Assembly (NCBI GenBank): GCA_018396615.1
Contig: JAGTQT010000005.1
Location: 1-53,900, forward strand
Reading direction: 5' to 3'
DNA length: 53,900 bases
Origin: Candidatus Bathyarchaeota archaeon
GTDB taxonomy: Archaea > Thermoproteota > Bathyarchaeia > Bathyarchaeales > Bathycorpusculaceae
Of the stretch, positions 8,852-17,809 are shown in pieces. The notes under the pieces are model-generated. The model worked only from the letters and a program-made list of their open reading frames with translations, had not been told where the DNA came from and did no database searches. A program made the translations under genes and the position numbers. Positions within the stretch are counted from its first letter, which is position 1; each line of letters begins with the position of its first letter.

Positions 8852-10789
8852 TTAGTTGCGTTTGTTTCCTCCATTGTTTGAGCCAAAGTATGCTGTTATC
8901 TTGGCGTTCTTTGAGACGTCGGCTTCTTTCTCTGCTTCCAGCTTGATATCCATAGGCTCGAAAGTCTGATTAAGTGCTGTAAGCAGGTTGCGAACATAGT
9001 CGGCTACATTTATCTCTGCAAGGTTTGGCGCAAGCTCTACAGGCTTTACAGTAAAGGTTTTGCCCTTGTACGGAAAGGGCTTAACTTTAACAAAGGAAAC
9101 AGTGTCTCCTCTCTTTAGACGTTTGCCTGCGTCAATAAGCTGTAGAGCGCACTGGTAAGGCTGATGTGCAGTCTTCATGTCAACGACTTTTTCATTAGGA
9201 TCAAAATACAGCCTAACAGAATAAGTCAGCTCCTCAAGCTTGACTTTGCGGCTTCTAAGGTCTTGAATGGCTTTGGCAACCACTTGTTTAATCCTCTGCT
9301 TGGCTTGCTCGTATTCCTCTCTGTTTCTTACTGAAGATAGTTCTTTAACACATTGCTGAAAAACTTTGGTCACATACACCGAGGTGTTAGACTTTGCTGC
9401 AGTAACACCTTTAATGTCTGGGCTTCCATCAGGCATTATGCCGAAGTACGCTTTTTTCGCCTTAGGCAACACGCAGAGACTGTAGCGTTTGTCAACAGCC
9501 AAGTCGAGACGAAACCTTTCTTTTGCCGCATTAATCAGCCACCTAACTTGCTCGTCATTTGCATTGTCAAGGAAAAGCGAGTCAGTATCCCCATACAAGG
9601 GGCGCAGTCCTTTTTCTTCAGCTATTTTCCAGCTTTCCCGCAAAACATACCGTCCGTACCCAGTTATCGCCTCAGCTAAAGGCGGACACGCAACACCATG
9701 AATCCGCACAGTAACGCCGTAGCTTGAGACAAGAAACAGTTTCAAAAGCTTCGCCGCTGTACTCGCGGTTTCCCGCTCCTCTTCCTTTAGAGAGTTATCC
9801 TTTGATGCTGGCTTGAATATTTTGATGCGAAGCTCCTTCAACGCACCAATAAGTACAGAGTAGAAGCCTCTGCGCAGAGTACAGACGTGACTATCAACAT
9901 CAGGTATCCTGTTACCCCTACATTCTAGGTGAGGGCAGTCAACAGTCTCATAAGACAGGTTGAAACTATCAATGCAGCTGGGATACAGACTTTCAAAATC
10001 GCACACCACAGTGTTGAAGTATATTCCTGCTTTAGGTGCAACCGTAAGGGCGCCGACGACTCTGTGAGGCTGCCTTCCTCTAAGCAGTTCATCAGCAGTT
10101 GGAATGAGAATGCTGTTTCTTCTTAGATAAGTGTGAATCATGGAGCGTATCCAGTCACTCACCCGCCTACTTACAAGCGCCTCAGTCACCGGAATGTTTG
10201 CCACCCTCGCCAACATCCACGCAGCGTAGACTCTGCTGGAATCGACATCACGATCTTTGAGAAGTTGAAAATCAAGCTTGGGAACAGGCTGATTTAGCAG
10301 ATTAAACCAGTAAGCTATCTGCGCGTACTTAAGCGGGTCTTTGGACTGCATCTCGCCGAAAGCGCTATCAAATCTAGCCTTCGCGGCTTCACTGACTTGC
10401 AGAATAGGTTTTAGATCATTTTCTGAATGCATTGCGCCAAAAGCCAGACCCTTGTCATATACATAGGATTTCACAACGTCTATCTCGCTTTCCCAGCACC
10501 GGTCAAGTTTACTGGCGGCTTTCAAACCGATAGCTGAGTTCGGCCAGTTAACCTGCCCTAAAACTCTTTTTTCGTTTGTAAAGAGGTCAATTTTCTGGGC
10601 TATCTGGGCGTTACCGCTGAATTGTAGAATTATTTCTTTGTCTTTTTCAGAAAGAGGATAGGCAACAAAGAAGTAAGGCTTGTAGTCCTTATCGATAATC
10701 TCGGTTACGTGGCTGCTGCTGTCAACAAACCTTAGTTTTATTGCGTTGGTTTCGGTGAGCATTGCGTCAAGCAGGAATAATTCTGTCAA
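8852..10789 (-). CDS. polB: family B DNA polymerase, short form (645 aa) with a degenerate 3'-5' exonuclease region
   Basis: Polymerase motif A (DFESLYPS), motif B-like (KLFLVSSYGV) and motif C (YGDTDSLF) are intact. Where the ExoI FDIE motif is expected, after ESEIDVVKSYVYDKG, the sequence reads LAFGAMHS. The exonuclease segment is also short. Confidence 0.85.
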   Translation of the reverse strand: MTELFLLDAMLTETNAIKLRFVDSSSHVTEIIDKDYKPYFFVAYPLSEKDKEIILQFSGNAQIAQKIDLFTNEKRVLGQVNWPNSAIGLKAASKLDRCWESEIDVVKSYVYDKGLAFGAMHSENDLKPILQVSEAAKARFDSAFGEMQSKDPLKYAQIAYWFNLLNQPVPKLDFQLLKDRDVDSSRVYAAWMLARVANIPVTEALVSRRVSDWIRSMIHTYLRRNSILIPTADELLRGRQPHRVVGALTVAPKAGIYFNTVVCDFESLYPSCIDSFNLSYETVDCPHLECRGNRIPDVDSHVCTLRRGFYSVLIGALKELRIKIFKPASKDNSLKEEERETASTAAKLLKLFLVSSYGVTVRIHGVACPPLAEAITGYGRYVLRESWKIAEEKGLRPLYGDTDSLFLDNANDEQVRWLINAAKERFRLDLAVDKRYSLCVLPKAKKAYFGIMPDGSPDIKGVTAAKSNTSVYVTKVFQQCVKELSSVRNREEYEQAKQRIKQVVAKAIQDLRSRKVKLEELTYSVRLYFDPNEKVVDMKTAHQPYQCALQLIDAGKRLKRGDTVSFVKVKPFPYKGKTFTVKPVELAPNLAEINVADYVRNLLTALNQTFEPMDIKLEAEKEADVSKNAKITAYFGSNNGGNKRN

Positions 10790-10792
10790 AAC

Positions 10793-11830
10793 CTATTCCC
10801 CGCTGACTCCCAGTTCTCGCTTGATGTCTGCAATCTCCGTTTCCGATAATGGGCGTGGGTAATTGTAGATCGGGCCGCTAGGCTTTTCATTGTAGTAGGG
10901 ACGATTGCAATTTGGGCACCCAGACGTGAGGAAAGGCTCACCAGTGTGAATAATGCGCTCAAGCCTTTCTTTTCCAACTCCAAGATCTGCTAGGTTGCCT
11001 GTTTTCTCGAACCGCATGTTTTCAAATCTTGCAAGCTTGTGTAAAATCAAGTATCTAGCCAACTGAATCCTTCTGTATCGTTGAAGCGGTGGTTGATCAG
11101 CTTTCTCTAATGCAGTGCCGCGGATAGGAGTGAACGCAAAAAGCGCAGGCTGGACACCCATATCTACGCATTGCTGAATGGCTTTTATCATCTCTTTCTC
11201 GGTCTCGCCAAGCCCAACGATTAGATGCGTGCTTACCTTGTTTTCTCCAAGGAGCGTCACTGCTTTGTGAAGGAGCTCAAGTTGCTGCCTCCATCTGTAA
11301 GGACCTCCAGCAGATCTTCCCTTGACTTTGTTGAATATTTCCTTGGTTGCAGCGTCTAAGGGGATTCCTACTCTTTCTGCACCAGCATTGATTAAGTGCG
11401 TAATATTTTCTATGTTCAGTGGCTGGCAAGAGACTGAGATTGGCACCGCAACTTGTTTGTGGATTGCTCCAACGAGACTTTCAACGTCTCTTAGTGCTTC
11501 TTGATAATGCAGTGTTTGGATGCAGATACGTCGTATCTTTTCGTCAGCAGCGGCTTTTTGAAGCCTACTTGTTACTTGGTCAAGCTGGAAAGAAGGCCAC
11601 GATATTCTTGAAAGCATGTCTTCTCTGCCGGAGCTTTTTCTGGCTTGGGGGCAGAAACCGCAATTTGCGTTGCATCTGCCTTGCTTATGCGTCATCAAAT
11701 AAGCGGTTGTCGGTGCAGCATCAAGCTTGCCTTTAACCAAACCTATCGCTATCGCCGTCCCAAGTGAGACACGGACAAGCCCCGGCGCAGCGTTGCCAGA
11801 AGGATTTCTTGGATTCACCTTTATCAGCAT
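10793..11830 (-). CDS. radical SAM enzyme (BioB/LipA-like superfamily)
   Basis: Motifs are CNANCGFCPQ (CX3CX2C), LIVGLGETEKE and FAFTPIRGT. The stop lies 3 nt before the PolB start. Confidence 0.8.
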   Translation of the reverse strand: MLIKVNPRNPSGNAAPGLVRVSLGTAIAIGLVKGKLDAAPTTAYLMTHKQGRCNANCGFCPQARKSSGREDMLSRISWPSFQLDQVTSRLQKAAADEKIRRICIQTLHYQEALRDVESLVGAIHKQVAVPISVSCQPLNIENITHLINAGAERVGIPLDAATKEIFNKVKGRSAGGPYRWRQQLELLHKAVTLLGENKVSTHLIVGLGETEKEMIKAIQQCVDMGVQPALFAFTPIRGTALEKADQPPLQRYRRIQLARYLILHKLARFENMRFEKTGNLADLGVGKERLERIIHTGEPFLTSGCPNCNRPYYNEKPSGPIYNYPRPLSETEIADIKRELGVSGE

Positions 11831-11942
11831 GTATTGTCAGATTCGGCAAATTAAAAATCTTACCGCACCACATGTGCGCGATTAGGCTTAAATAGCGTGC
11901 TGAGTCAATTGCCTTGTTCAACGTTAGCGAGGTAAAAAATGG

Positions 11943-12395
11943 TTGATGACAACCAGTGAGATGAATTTAGAAGAGATTAAACAGTTTCTCACGTGTAGCA
12001 GAGTTGGCAGAATCTCAGTGTCTCTTGAAACCAGCCCATACATCGTTCCAGTGGGCTACGTATACACTGAAGGTGTCATAGCTTTTCACACATGCATGAA
12101 GGGATTAAAAGTAGAGGCAATCAGAAAGAACCCCAATGTCTGCTTCGAGGTAGATGAATCTGCATCTGACGCGTCATGGTTCAAAAGCGTCATAATCTTC
12201 GGAAAAGCAACCATAATCGAGGAAAGAAGCAAAATGGTTCCCTACCTGCAAAAACTCATCGACAAATATCGTGTACCCACAGATTTTGACGAATACATGA
12301 GCAAACCGGGCAGAGACAAGGAGAAGGAGCTTCAGGCAGTTAGGATATGCATCATAACACCTGAAAAGATTACAGGACGAAAACGGTGTGCATAA
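11943..12395 (+). CDS. pyridoxamine 5'-phosphate oxidase-like FMN-binding split-barrel protein
   Basis: The pattern ...GRISVSLETSPYIVPVGYVY...IAFHTCMKGLKVEAIRKNPNVCFEVDE... is typical of the PNPOx-like family. ATG at 11946 is the likely start. Confidence 0.65.
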   Translation: MMTTSEMNLEEIKQFLTCSRVGRISVSLETSPYIVPVGYVYTEGVIAFHTCMKGLKVEAIRKNPNVCFEVDESASDASWFKSVIIFGKATIIEERSKMVPYLQKLIDKYRVPTDFDEYMSKPGRDKEKELQAVRICIITPEKITGRKRCA

Positions 12396-13431
12396 TCTGT
12401 TGAACGCAAAGATCTTCAGTCAAGACATTAATGCGGTTTTCAGCACAAATAACCTAGAAGAACTAGAACAATGGCTCGACGCCGCTTGGAAGGTCAAGCA
12501 GGAGAATTTTGGCAACAAAATACGCTTCTACGCACCAAGCTTCACACATTATAAGACCAAGAAGTTCTGCAGCTCCTCCATCGATTTTCCAACAATTTCA
12601 GTAACAGGCAAAGGCTGCGCACTGAAATGCAAGCACTGCGGCGGCTTGATCCTTGAAACGATGTATCCGGCAACCACTTCCAAAGAACTCTTTGACCTAT
12701 GCGCTAAGCTGAAGAAAAAAGGTGCGTTAGGCTGCCTTATCAGCGGAGGCTGTCAGCCAGATGGTTCTGTTCCACTCGGCAAGTTCGCAGAAGCCATCGC
12801 CAGGATTAAGCGTGAACTGGGACTGGTGGTCTTTGTCCATACAGGCATAATCAACCAAAGGACGGTTGCCGCACTAAAAAATGCTGGAGTCGATGCTGCG
12901 CTTATAGACGTCATAGGCTCCGACGCCACAGTTGAAGAAGTCTACAACATGGAGATAACGGTAGACAGCTATGCTGAATCCCTGCGGATACTGCATGAAG
13001 CGGGTATGGTGTTCGTGCCCCATGTCATTGTCGGGCTTCACCACGGGATGCTTAAAGGAGAATTGAATGCATTGGAAATGATATCGAGATACTCTCCTTC
13101 TGCGCTTGTCATAATTGCCTTCATGCCAATACGCGGAACAGAAATGCAGCACATTAAGCCACCGAGCCCGCTGGACATAGCGAAGGTTATGGTTGCCGCG
13201 AGATTGATGTTTCCTAAAACCCCTCTAGTTCTTGGGTGTATGCGACCAAAAGGAGCGCACAGGAAAGAAACAGACATGCTAGCCATAAAAGCAGGAGTGA
13301 ACGCCATAGCCTTTCCCGCTGAAGAAGCAATAGAGCTTGCAGAGGAAAAGACATGCGAATGCTCTTTCTCCTTGTCCTGTTGCGCGCAGATCTATTTTGA
13401 TGCGGGTTCCCTAGCGGTGTCCTCTGTATGA
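12388..13431 (+). CDS. radical SAM enzyme, paralogous to 10793..11830
   Basis: Motifs are CALKCKHCGG (CX3CX2C), ISGGCQPDG and IAFMPIRGT (compare FAFTPIRGT in the other gene). The GTG start overlaps the stop of the PNPOx-like gene by 8 nt. Confidence 0.75.
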   Translation: MHNLLNAKIFSQDINAVFSTNNLEELEQWLDAAWKVKQENFGNKIRFYAPSFTHYKTKKFCSSSIDFPTISVTGKGCALKCKHCGGLILETMYPATTSKELFDLCAKLKKKGALGCLISGGCQPDGSVPLGKFAEAIARIKRELGLVVFVHTGIINQRTVAALKNAGVDAALIDVIGSDATVEEVYNMEITVDSYAESLRILHEAGMVFVPHVIVGLHHGMLKGELNALEMISRYSPSALVIIAFMPIRGTEMQHIKPPSPLDIAKVMVAARLMFPKTPLVLGCMRPKGAHRKETDMLAIKAGVNAIAFPAEEAIELAEEKTCECSFSLSCCAQIYFDAGSLAVSSV

Positions 13432-13647
13432 GAACATGAAGGCACTTATTACTTCCTTTTTCAGTTCCTCATACTGGTGGCTGATTCTGTGGGCGTCCTT
13501 TTTAGACATGCCTTGGCGGATCAGTTCCTTTTCAAAGGCTTTGCGAGTTTTTCGAACCTTCCAGCCGAAAGTAAGCCACAAAGCAAACACGCTGAAAAGA
13601 AGCTTAGCAGAATGAAGCATTGCCATTACAAGGCTGCCGAGTTTCAT
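13411..13647 (-). CDS. small membrane-anchored hypothetical protein (78 aa)
   Basis: The product has an N-terminal TM helix followed by a charged helix. It is the last gene of a co-directional string of four. Confidence 0.35.
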   Translation of the reverse strand: MKLGSLVMAMLHSAKLLFSVFALWLTFGWKVRKTRKAFEKELIRQGMSKKDAHRISHQYEELKKEVISAFMFSYRGHR

Positions 13648-13680
13648 AGCAGTTCCTCACATTTGCTTTGCAAAATAACA

Positions 13681-14067
13681 CTAGTCTTCGTCTTCCTCAT
13701 CTCTTTCTCTGTGCTTTTCATGTAGTTCGCGTTTGAGGGTTTTCCGAATTTCATCACCTATCTCTTCGCCCTTGAACTCGCCTCGTCCACTCATGCTTCC
13801 CTTCATTACATCTTTTAGACTGGAGAAAACTGACATGTAGTTTTCAGTCATCTTGACTGCGGTGTCCTCAGGCATGCCTGCTTCTTTCAGCTCCTTGTAG
13901 AAAGCTGCTGCGGCCTTGCCCATGTCTCTGCCTGCTTCTTCGGAGAAGACACTTCCCATTATGGCTTTTATTAGTGCAGGTAGCTCTCTAGAAAGGGTTC
14001 CAAAGATTTCTCTGATCTCTTCGGCGTCGTCTTCCCATTCTTTTCTCTCTCTTTTTTCTTGGCTCAT
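13681..14067 (-). CDS. hypothetical highly charged helical protein (128 aa)
   Basis: The ATG is preceded by GGAGGTG, which lies in the 3' end of the upstream ORF. Both termini are acidic or basic. I recognise no family. Confidence 0.45.
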   Translation of the reverse strand: MSQEKRERKEWEDDAEEIREIFGTLSRELPALIKAIMGSVFSEEAGRDMGKAAAAFYKELKEAGMPEDTAVKMTENYMSVFSSLKDVMKGSMSGRGEFKGEEIGDEIRKTLKRELHEKHRERDEEDED

Positions 14068-14068
14068 T

Positions 14069-14308
14069 CTATCTCACCTCCATTAACAAAGGTGTTTTTC
14101 TAAACTGAAAACCTGTCAACATGCTAGATGATTCTGTTTTTCCAAGAGTCTTCTTAAGTTGCTCTAGCTTAGAGTTTGAAATGGCGGCTTCTATCTTACC
14201 AGCTAAGCTTGAGTAAAACAACTTTGTTTTTGCCTCTGGTCTGGTTCCTGAAACCTTTGGTAAGGCGTTGTTTGTTTCTTTCCCTATGCTTATTTTTGTC
14301 TTATTCAC
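14069..14308 (-). CDS. hypothetical Lys/Ser-rich protein (79 aa)
   Basis: The ORF is tightly packed between its neighbours, and its stop lies 1 nt before the next ATG. I recognise no family. Confidence 0.35.
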   Translation of the reverse strand: MNKTKISIGKETNNALPKVSGTRPEAKTKLFYSSLAGKIEAAISNSKLEQLKKTLGKTESSSMLTGFQFRKTPLLMEVR

Positions 14309-14351
14309 GTGTTTATCGCCTTCAAATACACTTCAGGTGTGGGTAGAATAG

Positions 14352-14825
14352 TTATTTATTATGGGAAAAAGTGTCCACCTCTTGATCACTTACAAGCTCG
14401 TACAAGTTTCCGTATCCCGTGGACTTTCGAACAATTCCTTCTCGTTCAAGGCGTTTGACTCTTTCTCTTACAATTCTTCGCGAGGCTTTTCCACGCATCC
14501 GCTGAACCTGACGCGTTATGGCTGAAATGTTCAATTTTTCATGCAGGGCAAGTGCTTGAACTATGCATCTAGAAATATCGTCTTGAAAAACTGACTGCTT
14601 GCGCACGTATGTTTCTGCTGCTTTGAGTTTAGCTGCAATCTTAAGTGGTTCCCCATACAGCCCCATTCCAGCACGAGTCATTCGCAGATATGGAATAAGT
14701 CTCTCATACTCCGGGTTGTTAACTATCAGCGATTCCAGTGTTTCAAGCCGCTTTATGATCAAGTCAAGTTTTCTGCTCAATTCCTCGATGCTAGACTTAC
14801 TGTTGTTTTCCCGTTTTTCCGCCAT
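14352..14825 (-). CDS. winged-helix DNA-binding protein with an N-terminal coiled coil
   Basis: The C-terminal [46 protein letters not shown] looks like a wHTH. It is the first gene of the four-gene string. Confidence 0.5.
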   Translation of the reverse strand: MAEKRENNSKSSIEELSRKLDLIIKRLETLESLIVNNPEYERLIPYLRMTRAGMGLYGEPLKIAAKLKAAETYVRKQSVFQDDISRCIVQALALHEKLNISAITRQVQRMRGKASRRIVRERVKRLEREGIVRKSTGYGNLYELVSDQEVDTFSHNK

Positions 14826-14998
14826 TCTTCTTCAGCTTACTTTTCTTTTTCTGTTGATAAAAGTCTTTATTGCTCTCAGTCTAGCTTTCGGCGAAAATAA
14901 TGTCTGCCTAAGCAGCGGTGCGCTCACCAAAAGAGTATGTTTTTGATGATAAAGATTAAAAACAGCAAATGCGCATGATTAAGTAAGTGTTGATTGAG

Positions 14999-15202
14999 AT
15001 GCCCAAAGTCAAAGTGGATTGGACTAAATGCAACGGCGACGGTGTGTGCAAAGAAATCTGTCCGGTAAACGTTTTCGAAATAAAGAATCTCCCAGACTAC
15101 CCTGATAGCCCGAAATCTGTTCCAGAGCGGGAAAGCGATTGCATAGCTTGCATGGCATGCGTAACCTCTTGTCCCACACAAGCAATAACAGTCGAAGAAT
15201 AG
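14999..15202 (+). CDS. 2x[4Fe-4S] ferredoxin-type protein
   Basis: The product carries CNGDGVCKEICP and CIACMACVTSCP cluster motifs. I prefer the ATG at 14999 over the TTG at 14987. Confidence 0.8.
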   Translation: MPKVKVDWTKCNGDGVCKEICPVNVFEIKNLPDYPDSPKSVPERESDCIACMACVTSCPTQAITVEE

Positions 15203-15205
15203 ACG

Positions 15206-16345
15206 TTAACCGCTGATTTCAGCAGGCACAAACTGTCTCAACCTTCTCAACAACCGCATTTTTTCATCATTTCCAACCTTGGCTTCCTGAACCGCTAGCT
15301 TAAGCATCTGGATCGACTTGTCCATAGATTCTCGGTCAACAGGAAAAGGAACGCCGTCCTTTCCACCATAAGCAAAAGAGTATTTAACAGGGTCTTTCCA
15401 GCTTGGTCTATCGCCATAAATCAGTTCCGCCACAAGCGCTAACCCTCTAATCGTTGCTGGTCCCACTCCCCGAATTGCCAGCAGCTCTTCGTAGTTGCGG
15501 GGTTGAAACTCGTAAATCTGTCTGAGAACATTCCAGTTTATTTTTCTGGGCATAACTAGAGCCCTAGGAAGAGGAGTTCTTTTGCTGACTTCGGTAAACC
15601 AGTCTTGAAGGGTTCTCTGGGCGGTAGGCTCCACCGAAGTCATAAGGCTCACTATTTTGTTAGGGGGCTCTTTAGCGATGTCAACCGATGTCTTTCTACA
15701 AGCTTCGCTTTCTTTCGCAGTCATATCCAGCGCTGTCTGCCGCCGCGTTTCGCCGACGATAGCGCTTTGAGGCTCAACAACGAAGCTTTGCACAGCATCT
15801 GAAATCCAGTGATATCGTCTTGCCGTGCAATCTTGAAGACACATGCCCTGCTGGATTACTGCCCACTTTTTCTTTTCAATTATGAAGAAGCTGTGATGGT
15901 AAAGCTGGTATCCTGCTTGGATGGCGGTGTTGTCAACTTTGGCGCTCATCTTGCTTGCATACTGCAACTTTGTGATCTCTTGGGTTGAGAAACCAAATTT
16001 GTCTCCTACTTTCTGGATTTATTCCGGTGTATGTCTTGACGCGTTGCCTTTGCCGCCACATACCGCGATTCCATGCTCTTCAGGTGTGACTGCCTGCTTG
16101 AGGACACCGGTTAGCACGGTGGTTACGCCAGACGAGTGCCAATCATATCCTAGCACACAGCCCAAAGCCTGAAACCAGAAGGGGTCAGAAATTCGGCTTA
16201 GAAAGGCTTCCGTCCCATATTCCCGAGTGATTATCGTTGTCATTTCTCGGGCAAGCTTGCACATGCGAGTAACCAGCCATCTTGGCGCCTTGCCGTAATG
16301 AAGGGGTAAACTTGCGACACCTGTTCTGTGCATGGCGCGCACCAT
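15206..16345 (-). pseudogene. DUF763-family protein with a helix-hairpin-helix motif, interrupted by an in-frame TAA at 16019-16021
   Basis: Track ORFs 16019..16345 and 15206..15967 are in the same frame. My translation reads through as ...[41 protein letters not shown].... The combined length of about 379 codons fits full-length DUF763 proteins. The HhH-like motif is ELLAIRGVGPATIRGLALVAELIYG. Confidence 0.6.
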
Positions 16346-16379
16346 TGCTAGGAAACAACAAATGAAGGGACGGTTTAAA

Positions 16380-16877
16380 CTATTTTTGACATTTTCTCAG
16401 CAAACGTCCCTCTCGATCGATCTCACCAAGATAAATCCTGGTAGTGGAAATGGGTGAACAATCCTGAGATGGAACCATCTCTATCACAACTATGTCAAGC
16501 GGGCGCAGTCCACGGGATTCCCTTTCTTGATTAATCGCCTTCGCCATCGACTCTGTTTCGCTGCTTACGATTATTGCTTCGACACAGCCTTCAGACAAAG
16601 TCACGCCGTAGGCATCGTTAAGAGGGACGATTTTGGCTCTTTCTGAGAGGGAATGGCTGTCTAGGAAAGCTTTTAGGTCGTGTAGCCTCTGCTGGTATGG
16701 TGCAATTGAATGGGGCTTGTTAAGTTTTTTGGCAAACTCGTCAGAGCAAAGACCGATCATAGCTTTTTCGCTTACATCGAATGCCTTCAGAAGCAAGGCT
16801 TTGTGACCTTTGTGAAGTTCGTCGAAGGTGCCGCCCACTGCGACTGTTTTATATTTACGCGTCATCTTCCGCTTCAA
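16380..16877 (-). CDS. coaD: archaeal phosphopantetheine adenylyltransferase (cytidylyltransferase fold)
   Basis: [18 protein letters not shown] is the (H/T)xGH nucleotidyltransferase motif. At about 165 aa it has the size of archaeal PPAT. It overlaps the upstream GHMP kinase gene by 4 nt. Confidence 0.75.
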   Translation of the reverse strand: MKRKMTRKYKTVAVGGTFDELHKGHKALLLKAFDVSEKAMIGLCSDEFAKKLNKPHSIAPYQQRLHDLKAFLDSHSLSERAKIVPLNDAYGVTLSEGCVEAIIVSSETESMAKAINQERESRGLRPLDIVVIEMVPSQDCSPISTTRIYLGEIDREGRLLRKCQK

Positions 16878-17803
16878 CTCAGCAGCCTAGCACCGTGAAC
16901 ATCCACGTTTGCTACGAGAATGTTCTCACTGGGCAAGACACGTTTAAAAGCTTGCGCCACTTTTTCGGCATTATCCGATGTTGTCAACGCATGAACAGCG
17001 TCGCCCACCATGTTTTGCGCTGCTCCCACCGCGCCTGCATGCTCTGCAAGCCTAACTAGTCTCTGTAGCCTTTCTGTCATGAATCCTGTTTGGACTGCGA
17101 AACTGTAGCAACATTTCATAAAGTTCTCCAGCGAAGGTTCATCAAGAATCATTTCCAGCGTTTTTCTGCCCCACCTGTTTACTGCAGCACGTTTCTCACG
17201 TGAAGAAAGCACATTTACTGTTGGTATGGGTCCATAAATTCCAGCCACGATAACGTGGTCTTCAGTTATTGGAATTCTATCTATAACCGCAATTCCCGGG
17301 GCTCCTGGCTCAAGGGTTATTATGCATCCGCCAAGCATAAGTGGACCTACTGTGCCTAGGCCTGTTTTGCATTTGACTTCGGCTGTGTGTGCGATTCTGC
17401 CTAGCTGGTTATAGGTTAGGTGCAGGTCTAGCGTTTTGGAAAGTGCTAGGGCGGTGGTTAAGGCTCCTGCGGCGCTTGAGCCGAATCCTGCTCCGATTGG
17501 AATTTCAACTTTATGTTTGATAACCACGTGGTATTTGCGGCTGGCTTTGTCGAGGAGATCTTTGGCTACTGTTTGAGTGGTTTTAGCTTCTGGCGAAATC
17601 TTGTTGTTGATGAAGACTTGGATTTTGTTGTTTTCTGCTTCTGAAACGTGAACGTGGGTGGTGACGCCTTTTTGGATGCCGAATCCGCCGCCTCGAGCGC
17701 CTACTTTTTCCAAGTCCAAGATTGGGTTGCCATTCTTTTTGGTGTCGCATATTTCGAAAAAGCTGGAAATGCCGGCGGGGCTAAATGCTTGGGCTTCTTT
17801 CAC
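16874..17803 (-). CDS. GHMP-family kinase, probably pantoate kinase (archaeal CoA pathway)
   Basis: Motifs are the GHMP motif IPIGAGFGSSAAGALTTALAL and an N-terminal AFSPAGISSFFEI. The call is supported by its operon context with PPAT. Confidence 0.6.
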   Translation of the reverse strand: MKEAQAFSPAGISSFFEICDTKKNGNPILDLEKVGARGGGFGIQKGVTTHVHVSEAENNKIQVFINNKISPEAKTTQTVAKDLLDKASRKYHVVIKHKVEIPIGAGFGSSAAGALTTALALSKTLDLHLTYNQLGRIAHTAEVKCKTGLGTVGPLMLGGCIITLEPGAPGIAVIDRIPITEDHVIVAGIYGPIPTVNVLSSREKRAAVNRWGRKTLEMILDEPSLENFMKCCYSFAVQTGFMTERLQRLVRLAEHAGAVGAAQNMVGDAVHALTTSDNAEKVAQAFKRVLPSENILVANVDVHGARLLS

Positions 17804-17809
17804 CGGTAT

